This document shows, piece by piece, positions 1-20,237 of a DNA stretch of 64,000 bases. Source of the DNA: the human T2T-CHM13v2.0 reference genome, Homo sapiens; assembly GCF_009914755.1 (NCBI RefSeq), contig NC_060939.1. The stretch is one strand, 5' to 3'. The notes beneath the pieces are model-generated. The model was given only the letters and a program-made list of their open reading frames with translations, did not search any database and was not told where the DNA came from. Position numbers and translations under genes: made by a program. How positions within the stretch are numbered: the stretch's first letter is position 1; every line of letters starts with the position of its first letter.

Positions 1-535
1 AAAAACATTCCTGACTTTCTGCTTCAAATATGAACAGGCAAATGAAAAAAGAATACAGATAGCAAAAACACGTAAAAAGATGTTCAACTTTTAGAAGAAG
101 TGATAAAACACTAATTTTTACCTATCAGATTGGCAAAGATGAACACCTAGCCAGGCATCGAGGCATACCAGCTACTTGGCTGAGATGAGAGGATCATGTG
201 AGCCCAGGAGTTTGAGACCAGCCTGGGCAACATAGTGAGACCTTGTCTAAAAAAAAAAAAATTAACACCTAGTGTTAAGGATAAGTAATACCCAGTGTTG
301 GAGACAGTTAGGAGAAGATACTGTCACATACTCCTAATGGAAATTAATGTTTTTGTTGAGTTGTTGGGCCATATCTAGCAAAACTACATGGATATGTGTT
401 TGAATCGGCATTTTCACTTGCAAGAATCTACCCAATAGAAAAGTCTGGTGAACAAGAGTGTTTATCACAAAATTGAATATGATGAAAAATTGTTAAAACC
501 TCGATATTCATCAATAATGGATTTGTTAAAATATG
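1..535 (+). mobile_element. Old L1M (L1ME-like) 3' ORF2/UTR fragment with nested FLAM/Alu fragment at ~149-261
   Basis: L1 motifs (aaagatgttcaac, cacctatcagattggcaaagat). The Alu fragment is flanked by TSD AACACCTAG (142-150 and 264-272). Confidence 0.7.
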
Positions 536-544
536 ATAGCAGCT

Positions 545-690
545 AGCACTGTTTGAGTCTTTACCAAGTGCTCAAACAGTTTTACGCAAATGACATGTAT
601 TATTTAATCCTCAGGACAATCCTGTGATGTAGGCACTATTATGATCCTTATTTTATAGACAAATAAACTAAGTCATAAAATGTACATCAA
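545..690 (-). mobile_element. MIR fragment
   Basis: MIR core tttaatcctcaggacaatcctgtgatgtaggcactattatgatccttattttatagac. Confidence 0.7.
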
Positions 691-3157
691 ACTGAATAAT
701 GATTAAAGTTGGAGATGGATGGAGAGTATGAGGGTAGGGGTGGAGGCTGAAAGAAACAGCCTTACTTAAGTGTTTATAGGACAAGGGAAAACTCTACTAG
801 TAAGTTTGGTTTATATTACTTTCAGTAAATATTTATTTTTATAATTTGGAGTCAGTTAAAATAAGATGGTTAGAATATAGTGCCACTAAGTTTTTATCAA
901 GCTTTCTAATCAGCTAGTCTAAATATTTTGATTTACAGCGATGCATATGTTTATGCCATATTGACATAGATGACTCTCTTAGCCGGTGGTTAGGTGAGGG
1001 TGAGAGAGGTTGATGGCTAGGAAAGTCACACAACTATATCCGCCACCCCCTCCTTGAATTTGGTAGTAGTAGGATCTGGATCAAATAAGGATCAGAACAC
1101 CCTGAGGGGAAAAACAGTAAGTTAAGGAGATGGCCTAAAAGAGCATCATACAGCCAAGTGCGGTAGGAGAAACCGGGAGCGGGAATTAAGTTTTGTTATT
1201 AGTTTGGTTCATTTTGAATTCCAGAGCAAGGACTTCTTGTTTTTCTCCAGTCTGTTGGATCCTTGCAGCTTGAACTGCTGCTAGGGTGCAGGGCCTCCAT
1301 AATCGCCATGATTGCACTGTTCTTGAGCTAGCTCTGTATAAAAGCATCTCTGTTTCTTAAATTGACTATGTGGAAATATGTGAGTATATCAAATAGTAAA
1401 GCATTCTAATGGTCCGTTAGTGTTTTAGTGTTTGTAAGTAAATGTGGTACAGTTCTGGAAAACAGCCATTGCACATTTATCCTGTCTTCATAATACACAT
1501 GTGCCTGAAAATTAAGTTTTGTTACAACAGCTTCTTTTCCTGTTGAATTTTCAGATTTAGAAGCTTTTCTGTCATTGTTACTGATTCCTTGTCAGTAATG
1601 TGAAACGGTGATTCCTTGTCAAATAATTAAGAAACTCAAGCCTCTCACATGTCATAATGACTTTCATTTTTCAGGAAAATGAACGTCTGTTCCATAACTT
1701 AACTCTATTTATGGAGTCATAGGATTTTAAAGCTAGAAGCTTTATTTATAATTTAGACAATTTTTCTTTTTGAGGAAACTAAGAAGAGGATAATGGCTGG
1801 TTCTAAAGTCACTTTTCAGTGCAAAAATAAGGTCTCCTAATTTGTGGTCCAGTTAGTTTTGCTTCATTTTAATTCTGTAGATATTTATTGATAACCTCTT
1901 CCTAGCCTAGCACCACCATGTCGTTAAAATTTAACCACGTTTATCGACTGTGGAGAAATGAAGTGCTGCATGTTAAGTGAATTTTCCCAGTTAATTTTTG
2001 TAAAGTCTGTGTCTGAGTTTTCCTGTGAATAAAAGTCTAGCTTAATAGAAATATTTTTAAACATGTATCATTCTTTGCTTTTTAAATGAAATGTAGGGAA
2101 CCTGACTTAGCATATACCCTGTAATTTGTAGTTTCTGCCTAGGGAGTTAGGAGGGGGACAGTTTAGAAAGAGGTGGCAGGGCTAGGGGTCTTTTCTTAGA
2201 ACAGACCATTATCTTGTGTACTCGAAGGGTGTTATTTGCAAGCAAAAGACTCAAAACCATTGGTGTATGTATGTTTCCACAAGTTTAAATTCATTTTTCA
2301 GGCATTCACTTTAATGAGGCACCTGTGTACTGGAAGTGAGACACCAGTGCCTAACTGTTAGTCCCATCGAATCAGTCAACAAATACATACGTTATGTAAG
2401 TAAGGCACTTGTACACGGATCTTGGAACATGCTCCCCACCCCACCCCCGCAAAACCAAACAGTTATGTCATAAACTTACAGAATTGTTCAAGCTAGGTGT
2501 AATCTTAAATCATTGATCTGGCTTAATGGGAATGTGTTTGGTATTCTATTTTTGTGTGTATTTTTATATTGCTTTGAAAATTGCATTTATAAAATCATAC
2601 TTATGGCATGTTTATTAAATAGGTTTTTTTAAAAATAAAAAGCTGGAGAAGACACTTGATGCTTGTAACCTCCAACCCTTGTTTCCGACATTTACATAAC
2701 TTAAAGTTTTAACAAATATTAAGATAAACACTTCAAGAGGCATTTCAGCAATTTTTAATGCCTGTTTTTTCTTTTGAAAAATCTTTTCTTGGCAATCAAA
2801 TTTCTATCAAATTCAGAAACATTGTATTTTTGTAAATGTACTGGATGTATAGTTTTTTTTTTATTTTGAGCTCATTCTGTAAGTTTTTGCTAAGTTAAAA
2901 ATATCAGTCTTGATGTTTGTTTTACATTTTTTGCCAGAAAACATTTGTAGATTTGAAGATACTTAAAATATTTTCATTTACATTTCTTAAGATGACAATT
3001 TTAATTTCTACAAATGCTAAGCAAATACTTTCATTTATTTCTAAGAAAAATAATCTAAAACATTTATCATTCTTACAGTTAAGTAGTTATTCTTCATGTT
3101 TTACATTTGAAAGAGCTGAGTTTAAGTGAAAAATCAGTAGTGAATATGAAGGTATGA

Positions 3158-3620
<463 letters not shown>

Positions 3621-4029
3621 AGAGAAACAAAGGAAAATGAGTAATTATTATGAAGTGAGTCAAGAGACAAAGGTAATGGTAACTAGGACCCTGAAGGCAT
3701 TTATGCTACTGGGGAAGAAGAAAGAATGCTGGTTCCTTCATTCTGTACCATTAGCCTGCTAGGGTTTCTGATTCCTCTGTTGATAAATATTGCTCTATGA
3801 CATATATAAAAATGGAGGGAAATACTGGAGAAGGAATGGACAAGTTGAAAAGAGGTCTACCACAGTTTTAAAAAATCTGGACACGTGGTATTTAACTCAT
3901 GTCGTGTACCTGCTCAGAAGCAATGACATCAACTTATTGATTCAACTAAAAAGCTTGTTAAGTGTGTTGTGGTAGTTTGTGAATGAAGTACTTTTTATTC
4001 CTTCAGTGCCAAGACTTCATTAGCTTTTT

Positions 4030-5875
<1,846 letters not shown>

Positions 5876-6961
5876 TCTTCTGCTTTTTATAGCTTGTATA
5901 ACAACCCAAATGCATTTAATCTGTGACTTCTTTGAAATGTGTTGTTAGAAGCCAGGATGGAGCAGGTTTTGCCAAACCCTGAGTCCTAGTGGCTTGTAAC
6001 AGCACACATATTTCTTGTCTACACTGTACTAGTCTCTCAGAGCCTGGAGCCTCTGCCCAGGAATGAAGCTGACAAAACGTCCACCGTCTGGTGGTCACTG
6101 TGGAAGGGGTGAGGTCTTTTGCACTCAATCTTGTCAAGGCTTCCTCTTTGGCTTAATTTCACTGACCAAGCTAGTCACTTAGCCATGGCCAGCTTGATGA
6201 AAGATGTGCAGTCCTAGCAGGTGTTCGGAAAGAGAAGGAAAGAAAGTAGGTAATGCACAGTGCCCACCAGAAAATACTATTGAACATGGTGGTGTTTGCA
6301 AAATATTTGACGTATTTGTTCCAAGTTAAAAAATTTTAAAACATTCCCATTTAAGTGGAGTCTAAAAGAATATGGTAAAGCATCATTGATTCAGAATTTG
6401 GGGTAAGTTTTATACTAACTGTGCTTGCTGAAGTTTACTTTTTCATTATTGTAAAGAAAAGTTGTTTAGCTAGATAATAATGTAAATGAGATTTAATGAA
6501 GAGAATCCTTGGCTTGATTTAGAGAAACAATTTCTAGGTAATTTAGTAGGAGGTATCTGAGTACATGTTATGTTTATCTGATAAACTTTTCTGTTTCAAA
6601 TTGTGAAAAAAGAAGGTAATAATAGATTTGAGAAGCACTTTAAGACTATTGCTTTTATCAGGATTTTAAATTTAAAAACATTAAAAAACTTCATAGCTTG
6701 TAAATCCTATGGATTAGGATACACTAGTTTGTGTGGCTTCTGTAATCCAACATTAGAGCTTAGTTACCCACAAAGTAACAAAAATTCTGACATTAATTTC
6801 TAGTTGTCTAGTCTCTTATATGCTGTACCTAAATTATAGAAGTATAAAAATTAAAACGTATAACATTTCTCAGCTACATTGCTAAAAATATGGCATTAGA
6901 AAACAGAGAGTGATATTATGGAACACCAGTAGGTGTCAGTCACAGCCTGTGCAAGGGCTGA

Positions 6962-7315
<354 letters not shown>

Positions 7316-9311
7316 GTGTCTGTGTGTTTTAAGGCGTTATTCTAATGAACTGCAATTTTCTCAAAGTGAATGTGCTTATTTTTAAATAAAAACACAATGT
7401 ATCTACTTGTTAATAAAGACATAGAGATGCTCTATTGGCAACAGAAGCATTATTTCAGTGCTTAATTGTGTGTAGAGCTACACCTCAAAAGAACTAACTA
7501 GTTTGTCATGGAAAGATTAGAATGCTATTTGATGGAGCCAAGTAGACATCCAGAAAGAATGACCGTGGAGTGTGTGAATTAGCCAGATATAGTATTGGTA
7601 TTAGCAGATGAAACTAGGTGAAGGTCTAACAGTCAAACAGCATTTCTTTTTGGACAAATCTTTCCTTTTTATAGGAACAGCTATAATTAAGGCCCTCCAC
7701 CCACTGGTTCCCTAGTTTTTCTAGGATGCTTTGTATGTATGCCCATAAACGGAAGCGTATATTCTCAAGGGAGATACTGATAATAAAAACAAAACATTCC
7801 AGGGATTTAGACGGATCCACAAGGAACATCTGAGAAATGACTAGTTATGATGGATCTTGTTGCATATATCAGTATAGAAATATGGGGCAAAAAGAATCAC
7901 AGCTTTCAGCATTTGAAAATGAAATACAAATGGTACTGTCAAGAGTGAGTATTCAAAAATGCTTCCTTGACTTCATAACAATATTCATATTCAATGATAC
8001 TTGGTTATCACAAAAGGGAAGGATATGTATATATAAGCAGTTTGTGATACTGTTGCTAAGTATTTAAATACATCAGTATGCCAGTATGACATTAATAATG
8101 ACATTTTCTGGTTTAAAATAAACCAGTGATTTTCCATTGTGTTCAGGATTTTTTAAAAGCTAGTCCTTAGTATAAAATATAAGCCTTTAGTGTTCTGTTC
8201 CTTGCCATTCTCTGTAAAATCTCACATCTTCATACCTAATGGCCCAGACATACCAAACTAATGTCATTTGTCTTAGTGAGTGTTTAGATCTCAAATTGTA
8301 TATAACTGATTAATCAATTGTATAACAGCTTATGCTGCACACAGCAGATCTTAAAATTCAATTTTAATTTTTTCAATTATAAAAGACACATGCTTATTTT
8401 TAAAAATTCAAGTTTATGAAAAATTTCTTGGTTATTTAAAATAGTCAACTTTCTAGTACCTAACACGTTAGTTTTTCTATTGACATGATTGTTTTTCTAA
8501 CAGGATTTTTGAAAATGTAAGATTTCTTCGGGAGTGCTGTTATGTAGTTATAGCAGAATGGATTGTATTTGCAGTTTCCCAATTGTACTTGTTCTCTTTT
8601 GGCTTTTCATATGTTGCTTCTTGTGCTTAGAAAGCTATACAGAACTACTCTCCTCTCCATTCCATGTCATCCTCTTATAATTTATGTCTTTTGGAACTCG
8701 GGTCAGACCTAATGTCTTCTAAAAAGCCATTCCTGATTCATTATTATTGATACACAGTTTACCCTATAGTAGCTTGAATGTAAATGAAAAAAAAATTAGT
8801 TTTGACTCAGTGTGCTCCTTCAGCCTTTCGACTCTTTCTTTTCGTATGTGTAAATTTGAACCCCCTATGTGTGTGTGAGAGAAAGAGAGAGAGATATTAT
8901 ATGTATATATATGCCTATATACTTGTGTGTGTGCGTATGCAGACTGGCTTTCAGTTATTTACAGGAGGCTTTCTCCACTACCCAGTACCTCCAGCAGAGA
9001 GAAGCCTGCTTTCAACCTGTGAGTAGACTTTTGTTCTAGGATTCTTTTCATGGAAAGGCCAGCCCTTTCAGGGCTCTGACTTCTTCTGGGTAAAGGACCT
9101 AGGTTTGTCTGCCTTTCTTTCTCCTGCCAATGGCCAATTTCCTGGCCCTCTACTCTGATGTCTGGACCTGTGGCCAGGTCTGACACTCCCTTGGACCACA
9201 TGAGCTCCAGCTTCCCCTGTTCATTTGGAGCTTAGTCAGGTCTTGTACCTGGGGGCCCTGCAGATTTCCCTTACTTTCTCTCGAGGAGCATGATTTGGGA
9301 ATTTGGAGGAT

Positions 9312-9560
9312 ATATTAGTTTTTCAGGGCTGCCGTGACAAATTATCAAAAACTGGGTAACTTAAAACAACAAAAATGTATTCTCTGACAGTTCTTGAGGC
9401 AGGGAGTCCACAATCAAGGTGTGATTTGGATTGGTTCCTTCTCAGGGCTCTGAGGGAGCACATGCTCCTTGAGTTTCTCCTTGCTGGGAGTGGCCGGCAA
9501 CCTTCGGTGTTCCTCAGCTTCCAGTTACATCACTCCAGTTTCTGGTTCTTCCCTCTCTCT
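9312..9560. mobile_element. MLT1 (MaLR LTR) fragment
   Basis: tattagttt..gggctgccgtgacaaattatcaaaaactgggtaacttaaaacaac matches an MLT1 terminus. Confidence 0.8.
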
Positions 9561-9627
9561 GTGTCTGTGAAGCACATTTTTATTTCTTCCATGACCATGG
9601 ATTATGAGGTTTGTGGTTTCTCTAAGG

Positions 9628-10141
9628 CAGGGGTCCCCAATCCCTGGGCCACAGACCTGGTACCTGTTAGGAACGGGGCCGCACAGCAGGAGGTGAGTGG
9701 CAGGCAAGCAAGCGAAGCTTCATCTGTATTTATAGCCACTCCCTGTGGCTTGCATTACCGCTTGAATGCCACCTCCTGTCCCATCAGCAGCAGCATTAGA
9801 TTCTCATAGCACAAACCCTATTGTGAACTGCACATGTGAGTGATCTAGTTTGTGCACTTGTTATGAGAATCTAGTGCCTGACGATCTGTCACAGTCTCCC
9901 GTCACCCCCAGATGGGACCATCTAGTTGCAGGAAAACAAGCTCAGGGTTCCCACTGATTCTTCATTATGGTGAGTTGTATAATTATTTCATTATGTATTA
10001 CAATGTAATAATAATAGAAATAAAGTGCAAAATAAATGTAATGCGCTTGAATCATCCCCAAACCACCCCCACAACCTTGTCTGTGGAAAATTTGTCTTCC
10101 ATGAAACCAGTCCCTGGAGGCAAAAATGTTGGGGACCGCTG
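9628..10141. mobile_element. MER1A hAT-Charlie DNA transposon, complete
   Basis: TIRs caggggtccccaa ... ttggggaccgctg. Perfect 8-bp TSD CTCTAAGG (9620-9627 and 10142-10149). Confidence 0.92.
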
Positions 10142-10354
10142 CTCTAAGGGACATTGTTTTTTAATGTTTGAATTTATAAATTTAAATTGTAGTATGGTCT
10201 CTGTAAGAATAAAACCCAGACCTGCTGATTAATTATTTTCACATTTTCTCAAAATTTACACCCCTCAAAAAGGTAGTACTTTGTATTTAAACAAATTAGA
10301 AATGTTTAGACATTTTTCAAAAATAAAATTTAATTCTGAGTTTTTAATTTTCAG

Positions 10355-10395
10355 CCAGAAAACCTTGCTCAGAAGCTTCCAAACCTTGTGGAACT
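10355..10395 (+). CDS. LRRC28: LRRC28 internal coding exon (41 nt, PENLAQKLPNLVE-L)
   Basis: Acceptor tttttaattttcag|CCAGAA and donor GAACT|gtgagt. The translation matches the recalled LRRC28 leucine-rich repeat. It ends in phase 2 (CT) and joins the next exon's first A to give Leu. Confidence 0.95.
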
Positions 10396-11084
10396 GTGAG
10401 TCTGTTTATTCAAATTTTTTAAAGACAAGAATGAAAATAATTCTAAGTTGTTTGAAATAATAGGATATGTCATCTTAATGTATTAATTTGTTATTTTTTG
10501 GTATCATGATCATGGTACTCATGTAGGTAGACCTGTGGTTCTACTAAACCCAATAGTATTTCAAAGTATTTAACCATTTAAAATTGTATTTTAAATATTT
10601 CACTTCAAGGTAGTGAAGATGATGAGAAATGCCTTTTCTCTGGGTATAGTGTCTTCTGTCACAGAATCTTTCTGGATAGTCCATGTAATTGGGAAAATCT
10701 ATTATTGTTATTACTACTACTACATGTGATACTTGATATAAACAGGTCGTATAAAATGTTTAAAATGTACAGTAAAAGTCTCTTTTCCTGCATCCTCCAC
10801 GCTTCATTTGTTTTAGTTCTTTTTATGATTACCTTCAAATGCTAAATACTATGTTTACACCTTTGTTTTTTTAATGCACCAGTGTTAATTATCTGTTAAC
10901 TTACCACTAAGGAAGACAAATTTAGATATCTTATATTTCTCTCTCTCCTTAGCTACCTCTTAATTTTTGCAGGAGGGTTTGCATTGCTATTTCTTGTACT
11001 CTTTGTTATTTGGCACGATTTTCAAGAGGTCAAGGAAGGAAAGCTAGCCTTATACTCCCATCTTTTCTGTCATTTCCTTTGTCC

Positions 11085-12430
<1,346 letters not shown>

Positions 12431-12444
12431 ATTCACCTTTTTAA

Positions 12445-12835
12445 TTATCTATTGCTGCTTAACAACTTACCCCCAAATGTAGTGATTTAAAAGAATAAAC
12501 ATTCAGTGTCTTGTATTTTCTGAGGCCCCAGAATCTGTGCCTGACTTAGCTGGGTGCCTTTGCCTCCAGGTCTCTTACGAAGCTGCAGTCAAGGTTGTTG
12601 GCCAGGACTGCAGTCTCATCTGAAGATTTAACTGAAGAAGGATCTTCCTCTATTCACGTGGTTGTTGTCAGGTTCAATTCCTTGTAGGCTGTTGAACTGA
12701 AGGACTCCATTTCTTGCTTGATGTTGGCTAGAGCACTTCCCTCATTTCCTTGCCATTTGGCCTTTCTGTAGGATAGTTCACAACATAGCAACTGTCTTCC
12801 ATCAGAGCAAGCAAGCCAAAGAGCAAGAGAGAGTA
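12445..12835. mobile_element. MLT1F/E-like LTR
   Basis: ttatctattgctgcttaacaacttaccccc...gctgcagtcaagg..ggccaggactgcagtctcatctgaag. Confidence 0.75.
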
Positions 12836-15800
12836 TACACTTTCCCACAATCCCTGGTAATCACTAATGTACTTTCCGTCTCTATGGATACACGTTTTTC
12901 TGGATGTTTTATATTAGTGGAATGAGACAATATGTGACCTTTTGTATCTGGCTGCATTAACATAGCATAATGTTTTCAAGGTTTATTCATGTTGTAGCAG
13001 GTATCAGAATTAATTCCTTTTTATGGCTGAATAATATTCCGTTGAATAGATACATGACTTTTTGTTTATCTGTTCATCAGTTGATAGACATTTGAGTGGT
13101 TTCCACATTTTGAAAGCTTTTCCTTTTACAGTTTGTGGTTTGTCAGTTGTTTGTTACAACTGTTTCAAGCAGCTGTGAAGTTAAACAATTGCCTGTAATT
13201 TGTTTCAGTTTACAGTGGTTTTTGCCCTGGGCAATCTGCTACTCAGACGGAATAAAGACAGCCTTGCAACTGGGTCTTCCAGGGAACCTTGAGACAAATC
13301 TTTGACAGTTCTCTGAGAAGGAAGCTTTGAAGGCACTCTAACGTGGTCCTACCCCCTTGCTACTGCTTTTCTCTTTGATTGTGAACTGTTGGTTTTTCAG
13401 GCTTCTGCAGAGCAGGAGAGTGGGGTTAGGACTAGAGCAAGCGAAAATACCATGAAGCCTACAACCCACGGTTCTTACTGACGCTCAGTCATTTTTTTCT
13501 TGGATAAATTCTCCCTGTATTATGGTAAGCCTTAGGTTCATTTCCAGAGTTCTCAACATGTAGCATTTGGACATTTCTGACAGTTTCTCATTGTTTTTAT
13601 GGAAGAGAATTTTTGGAGGTTCTTACTCTACCACTGTTGCTCAAAATTTTTAGTTTTGTAAAAAACTGCCGGTTTACCAGATTAGCTGTTCCATTTTACA
13701 TTTCCCCTGGCAATGTATGATTGTTCCAGCGTCCGCACATCTTACCAGCATTTGGTGTTGTCTTTGTTATTTTAGTCATTTGGATAGATATGTGGTTTTT
13801 ATGACATTGGAATTTCCATTTGTATTTCTAGAATGACTAATGATATTGAACATCCTTTTGTATACTAATTTGTCATTGGCATCTTTTTTTGGTGAAATGC
13901 CTGTCCATGTCTATTGCTCATCTTCTGATTGTATTTTTTTTAATTTCTGAGTTTTAAGAGTTCTTTGTAAACTAGTTTTCTGTTCTATATGTTGTTTACA
14001 AATATTCTCTCCCAGTGTATAGCTTGTGTTTTCATCCTGTTTATGTTCTTTTGCAGAGCAAAAGTTTTACATTTTGATGAGGTCCAGTTTATCATTTTTT
14101 GCTTTGATGTGTCATGCTTTTGATGGCAAGTCTAAAAACTCTGTGTCTAGCCCTAGGTCCCAAAGACTCTCTCCTTTCCCCGCCCCCACCCCAAAGTCTT
14201 ACAGTTTTTTATTGTACATTTATCACCTATATTTTTAAAATTTTTTTCTGGGATTAGAATTCTTAGTGACCATTTTTTTTGTTGTTGTTGTTATCAGCAC
14301 GTTCATGATATTCATTATTCCCTGGCGTGCATAGTTTCTGAAGAAACATCTACAGTTGTTATATTTGTTCCTTTGTGTGTATGTGTCTTTTTCTCCCTTG
14401 GGCTACTTTGAAGGGTTTTCATTTTTTACACTAATTTTAAGGGTTTGATTTAGGTGTATCTTGTTGTAGTTTTCTTCTTTCTTACCTTTGAGGTTCATGG
14501 GGTTTCTTGGGGTTGTGTCTTAACAGTTTTTATCAAATTTGGAAAACTTTTGACATTGTTTTTTCAGATATTTATTTATATACCCTGTTCCTGGCCCCTG
14601 CTTGTGGAACTCTTACCTGTTTGTTACACTGTTTAATACTGTCTCGTAGTCACTAAGACTTTTCATTTCCTTTTCAGACTTTTATTCCCTATGTGCTTCA
14701 GTTTGGACAAATTGTATGTTCTGTGTTAAAAGTCAGTAATATTTTCTTCTTCAGTGTCTAATGTACTATACTAATCCCACTCAGTGAAGTTTTCTCTTTG
14801 GTTACTGTATTTTTTTTTTTTTAAGGGACAGGGTCTTGCTCTGTCGCCCAGGCTGGAGTGCAGTGGCTCTATCCTAGCTCGTTGCAGCCTTGAACTCCTG
14901 GGCTCAAGGGATCCTCCCATCTCAGCCTCCCAAGTAGCTAGAAGTACAGGCATGCACCACCATGCCCAGCTAAATTTTAAATTTTTTCATAGACATGGGG
15001 ATTTGCTGTGTTGCCCAGGCTGGCTTTCTGTGTGTGTTTTTGAGACAGGGTCTTACATTGTCACCCAGGAGTTACACTGGAGTGTTGTGATGCAATCATG
15101 GCTCACTGTAACATCAAACTCCTGGGCTCAAGTGATCCTCCTGCCTCAGCCTCCCAAAGCTCTGGGATTATGGGAGTGAGCCACTGTGCCCAGCCTGTTA
15201 CTGTATTTATGATATTTGGAAGTTCTGTTTATTTTTCTTTATCTTACAGTTCTTATAATGTTCATATTTTCATTTAAATAGCTGAATATAGTTATTATAG
15301 CTATTTTAATGTCCTGTTTGCTAATTCTGTCATCTGTGTCATACTGGTTCTATTTGTACTGACTGATTTTTCTCCTGGTTATGGGTCATATTTTCCTGAT
15401 TCTTGGCATGTCTAATACTTTTTGATTGGATGGACCTTATAAAGTTTGCATTTTTGAGAGTCTAAATTTTATTGTGTCCCTTTTTTCTGGCATGCAGCTA
15501 TTTGCAGTTTACTTTGATCCTTTTATGGCTTATTTTTATACTTTGTTAGGATAGGTGGTTAGGTTAGCCCTATTACTAAAGCATGAGCTTTCCAGGATCT
15601 CTCTTGAATACCTCAAATGATCAACAAGGATTTGGCATACTTGCTCAGAACTTGAATGTCTCTCAACACTGTGAGCTTTGCAGGCTGTTCAGCTGATTGA
15701 TTTTCAGCTGCTTTTTGCCTGGAGTACCTTTTATTTTTCTTCTATTATTTTTTGAGATGGGGGTCCCATTATATTGCTCAGGCTGGTCTTGAATTCTTGT

Positions 15801-15953
15801 CCTCAAGTGATCCTCCTGCTTCAGCCTCCCAAGTAGCTAGGGTTACAGGTATGACCCATGACCCACTGTATCCTGCTAGAGTTTTTCTTATGTGTGTTTG
15901 TTCTAGAATTCAGCTATGAGTGAGGCCAAGGGATTCCTTATGCAAATTTTTGG

Positions 15954-15956
<3 letters not shown>

Positions 15957-15996
<40 letters not shown>
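15957..15996 (+). repeat. Uninterrupted T40 tract
   Basis: Directly visible, followed by GTAGCAGTAG. Confidence 0.95.
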
Positions 15997-15997
<1 letters not shown>

Positions 15998-16243
15998 TAG
16001 CAGTAGCTCTCTCTTCTTCAGAACTTTACCCCACAACTTCCAGTTGCCTCAGGTTCCCTGAACTCTGATATGTGTCTCCATAACTCAGTAAGACTTCTGT
16101 ACTTTGGGATTTCCTTCCTGTTCTACAGTCCAGAATTTGCCCCTAGGGTGAAAGCTAGGGAGATTGTGTGGCTTACTTCCTTTCTCTTAGGGAATGTAGT
16201 CCTAGTTGCCTTTGTTAATATCTGAAAATAATTGTTTCATGTA

Positions 16244-16595
16244 CAGTCATGCACAGCATAATTATGTCAATGACAGGCCACATACATAATGGTGGTCTCA
16301 TAAGATTATAATACTGTGTTTTTACTGTACCTTTTCTATGTTTACATATGTTTAGATACACAAATACATCGTGTATCAGTTGTCTGATTGTGTTACAGTT
16401 GTCTACAGTATTCAATACGATAACATACTGTCCAGATTTGTAGCCTAAGAGCAACTACACCTTGTAACCTAGGTGTGTGGTAGGCTATACCATCTAGGTT
16501 TGTGTAAGAACACCCTATGATGTTTGCATAACAAGGAAATCACCTAACGACACATTTCTTAGAACATATCCCAGTCATTAAGTGGCATGTGACTG
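16244..16595. mobile_element. Tigger3a (MER7A) TcMar DNA transposon
   Basis: ta-cagtcatgc ... gcatgtgactg-ta TIRs with TA target duplication. Confidence 0.88.
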
Positions 16596-16697
16596 TATTT
16601 CATCTGGTTTTCTTGTTGTTTAGAACAGTTGGGAAAATCCCATTTACTCCATTGTTGTTATTCATCCTGACTGAAAGTAGAAGTCCTGTTTCTTTAA

Positions 16698-16995
<298 letters not shown>

Positions 16996-17136
16996 ACTAA
17001 AAATTATTTTTTAAAACTTTTTTTATTTTGGAACAATTTTATATTTATAGAAAAGTTATAAACATAGTATGGGTCATACTGGTGTACCCCTTACCCAGTT
17101 TGTCCTGTTGTTAACATCTTAGAATTCCATGGTACA

Positions 17137-17441
17137 GGCCAGGCATGGTGGCTCATGCCTGTAATCCCAGCACTTTGGGAGGCCGAGGTGGGTGGATCAC
17201 GAGGTCAGGAGTTTGAGACCAGCTGGACCAACATGCTGAAACCCCATCTCTACTGAAAATACAAAAAAAAATTAGCCGGGTGTGGTGGTGCGCACCTGTA
17301 ATCCCAGCTACTCAGGAGGCTGAGGCAGGAGAATCACTTGTACCCAGGAGGCAGAGGTTGCAGTGAGCAGAGATCGAGCCACGGCACTCTAGCCTGGACG
17401 ACAGAGGGAGACTCCTTCTCAAAAAAAAAAAAAAAAAAAAA
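17137..17441 (+). mobile_element. AluS (Sg-like)
   Basis: Full Alu with A-tail. TSD GAATTCCATGGTACA / GAATTTCATGGTACA. Confidence 0.93.
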
Positions 17442-17754
17442 GGAATTTCATGGTACATTTGTCAAAACTAAGAAACTGACTCTGGAATATTCCTATTAAG
17501 TAAACATCATATTTAACATTTAAAAAAAACTGCCAAGCCATTTTCCAAAATGAGTATACCCCAAAGTGACATTCCCCACCAACAATGAATGAGAGTTCCT
17601 GCATTATTTGAGAAGAGGAACATTTTATTTTAATAAGAACATTGAAACATCAACATTTCAACTACTCTGAAATTACCAAAATTAAGTAAAAGGAAGTGAC
17701 TTAAATTTGAAAGTCCTAAGCCTGTGATTACAAATGACTCATAATAACTATAAT

Positions 17755-18083
17755 AACAATAATAAGAGCATTCATTTAACTCTTACCAGGAGCCAAGCAC
17801 TGTTCTAAGAGCTTTACATTTATTAATTCATTTAGTCCCTGCAACATCACAGATTAGGAGAGAGAGCAGTTCAGTGATTTCTCCATAGTCACATGGCTAT
17901 TAAGGTGCAGGTAGTGTGGCTTCAGAGCCCGCTCTCTGATCCACTTTACCAGTAATGGTTCTTAATCGGTTGTACATCAGGATTATTTGAGTTGAGATGG
18001 TGTTTCACTTGCTGCAGGATGGTTTTGGGTACCAATAAGACCCCTGGTGATTCTAATGTGCAGTCAGGATTGGCAACACTCTG
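17755..18083. mobile_element. MIR fragment followed by MER5-like fragment
   Basis: MIR core (aagagctttacatttattaattcatttagtccc) and MER5 end (ggtgattctaatgtgcagtcagg). Confidence 0.65.
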
Positions 18084-18088
18084 TTATC

Positions 18089-19453
<1,365 letters not shown>

Positions 19454-19870
19454 TCATACAGCATCTTGATTATATGTAGATAATATTTTAAAGTCTGTTT
19501 GAAAAATTCTAATCATAATAGTGGGTACTTTAGTTCATATTTTGATTTGGACATTTTAACGTCTTTTTTATAGGTGGAACTTGAATTGAGGCAAGTATTT
19601 TGTTGAAAAAAATTTTTTTAATCAGTTCTCTATTTTGATTTGGGTATTCCTTCCTAAAATTAATGTTTAAAGAGTATTGATTTCATATACAGAAAGCAAG
19701 GAATGAAATGTATCATAGAGTAAATGGTGGGCTTATTTAAATTGTGTTATACCCAGCAGGTTTGTTAACCTTCTACAAAATTGATTTAATTCAACATAAA
19801 ATAATCTTCATAAAATTATCAATTTTCTGTCTTATTTTGTGTTTATTGACATTTTAATATTCAATATTAG

Positions 19871-20237
<367 letters not shown>

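Larger units (their letters stand above)
12840..16690 (-). mobile_element. Composite old L1M fragments with nested AluJ/FLAM copies (~14810-15195, ~15745-15875) and Tigger3a
   Basis: Antisense L1 3'UTR, ORF2 and ORF1-region motifs. The AluJ cluster is flanked by GTTACTGTATTT. Confidence 0.7.
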
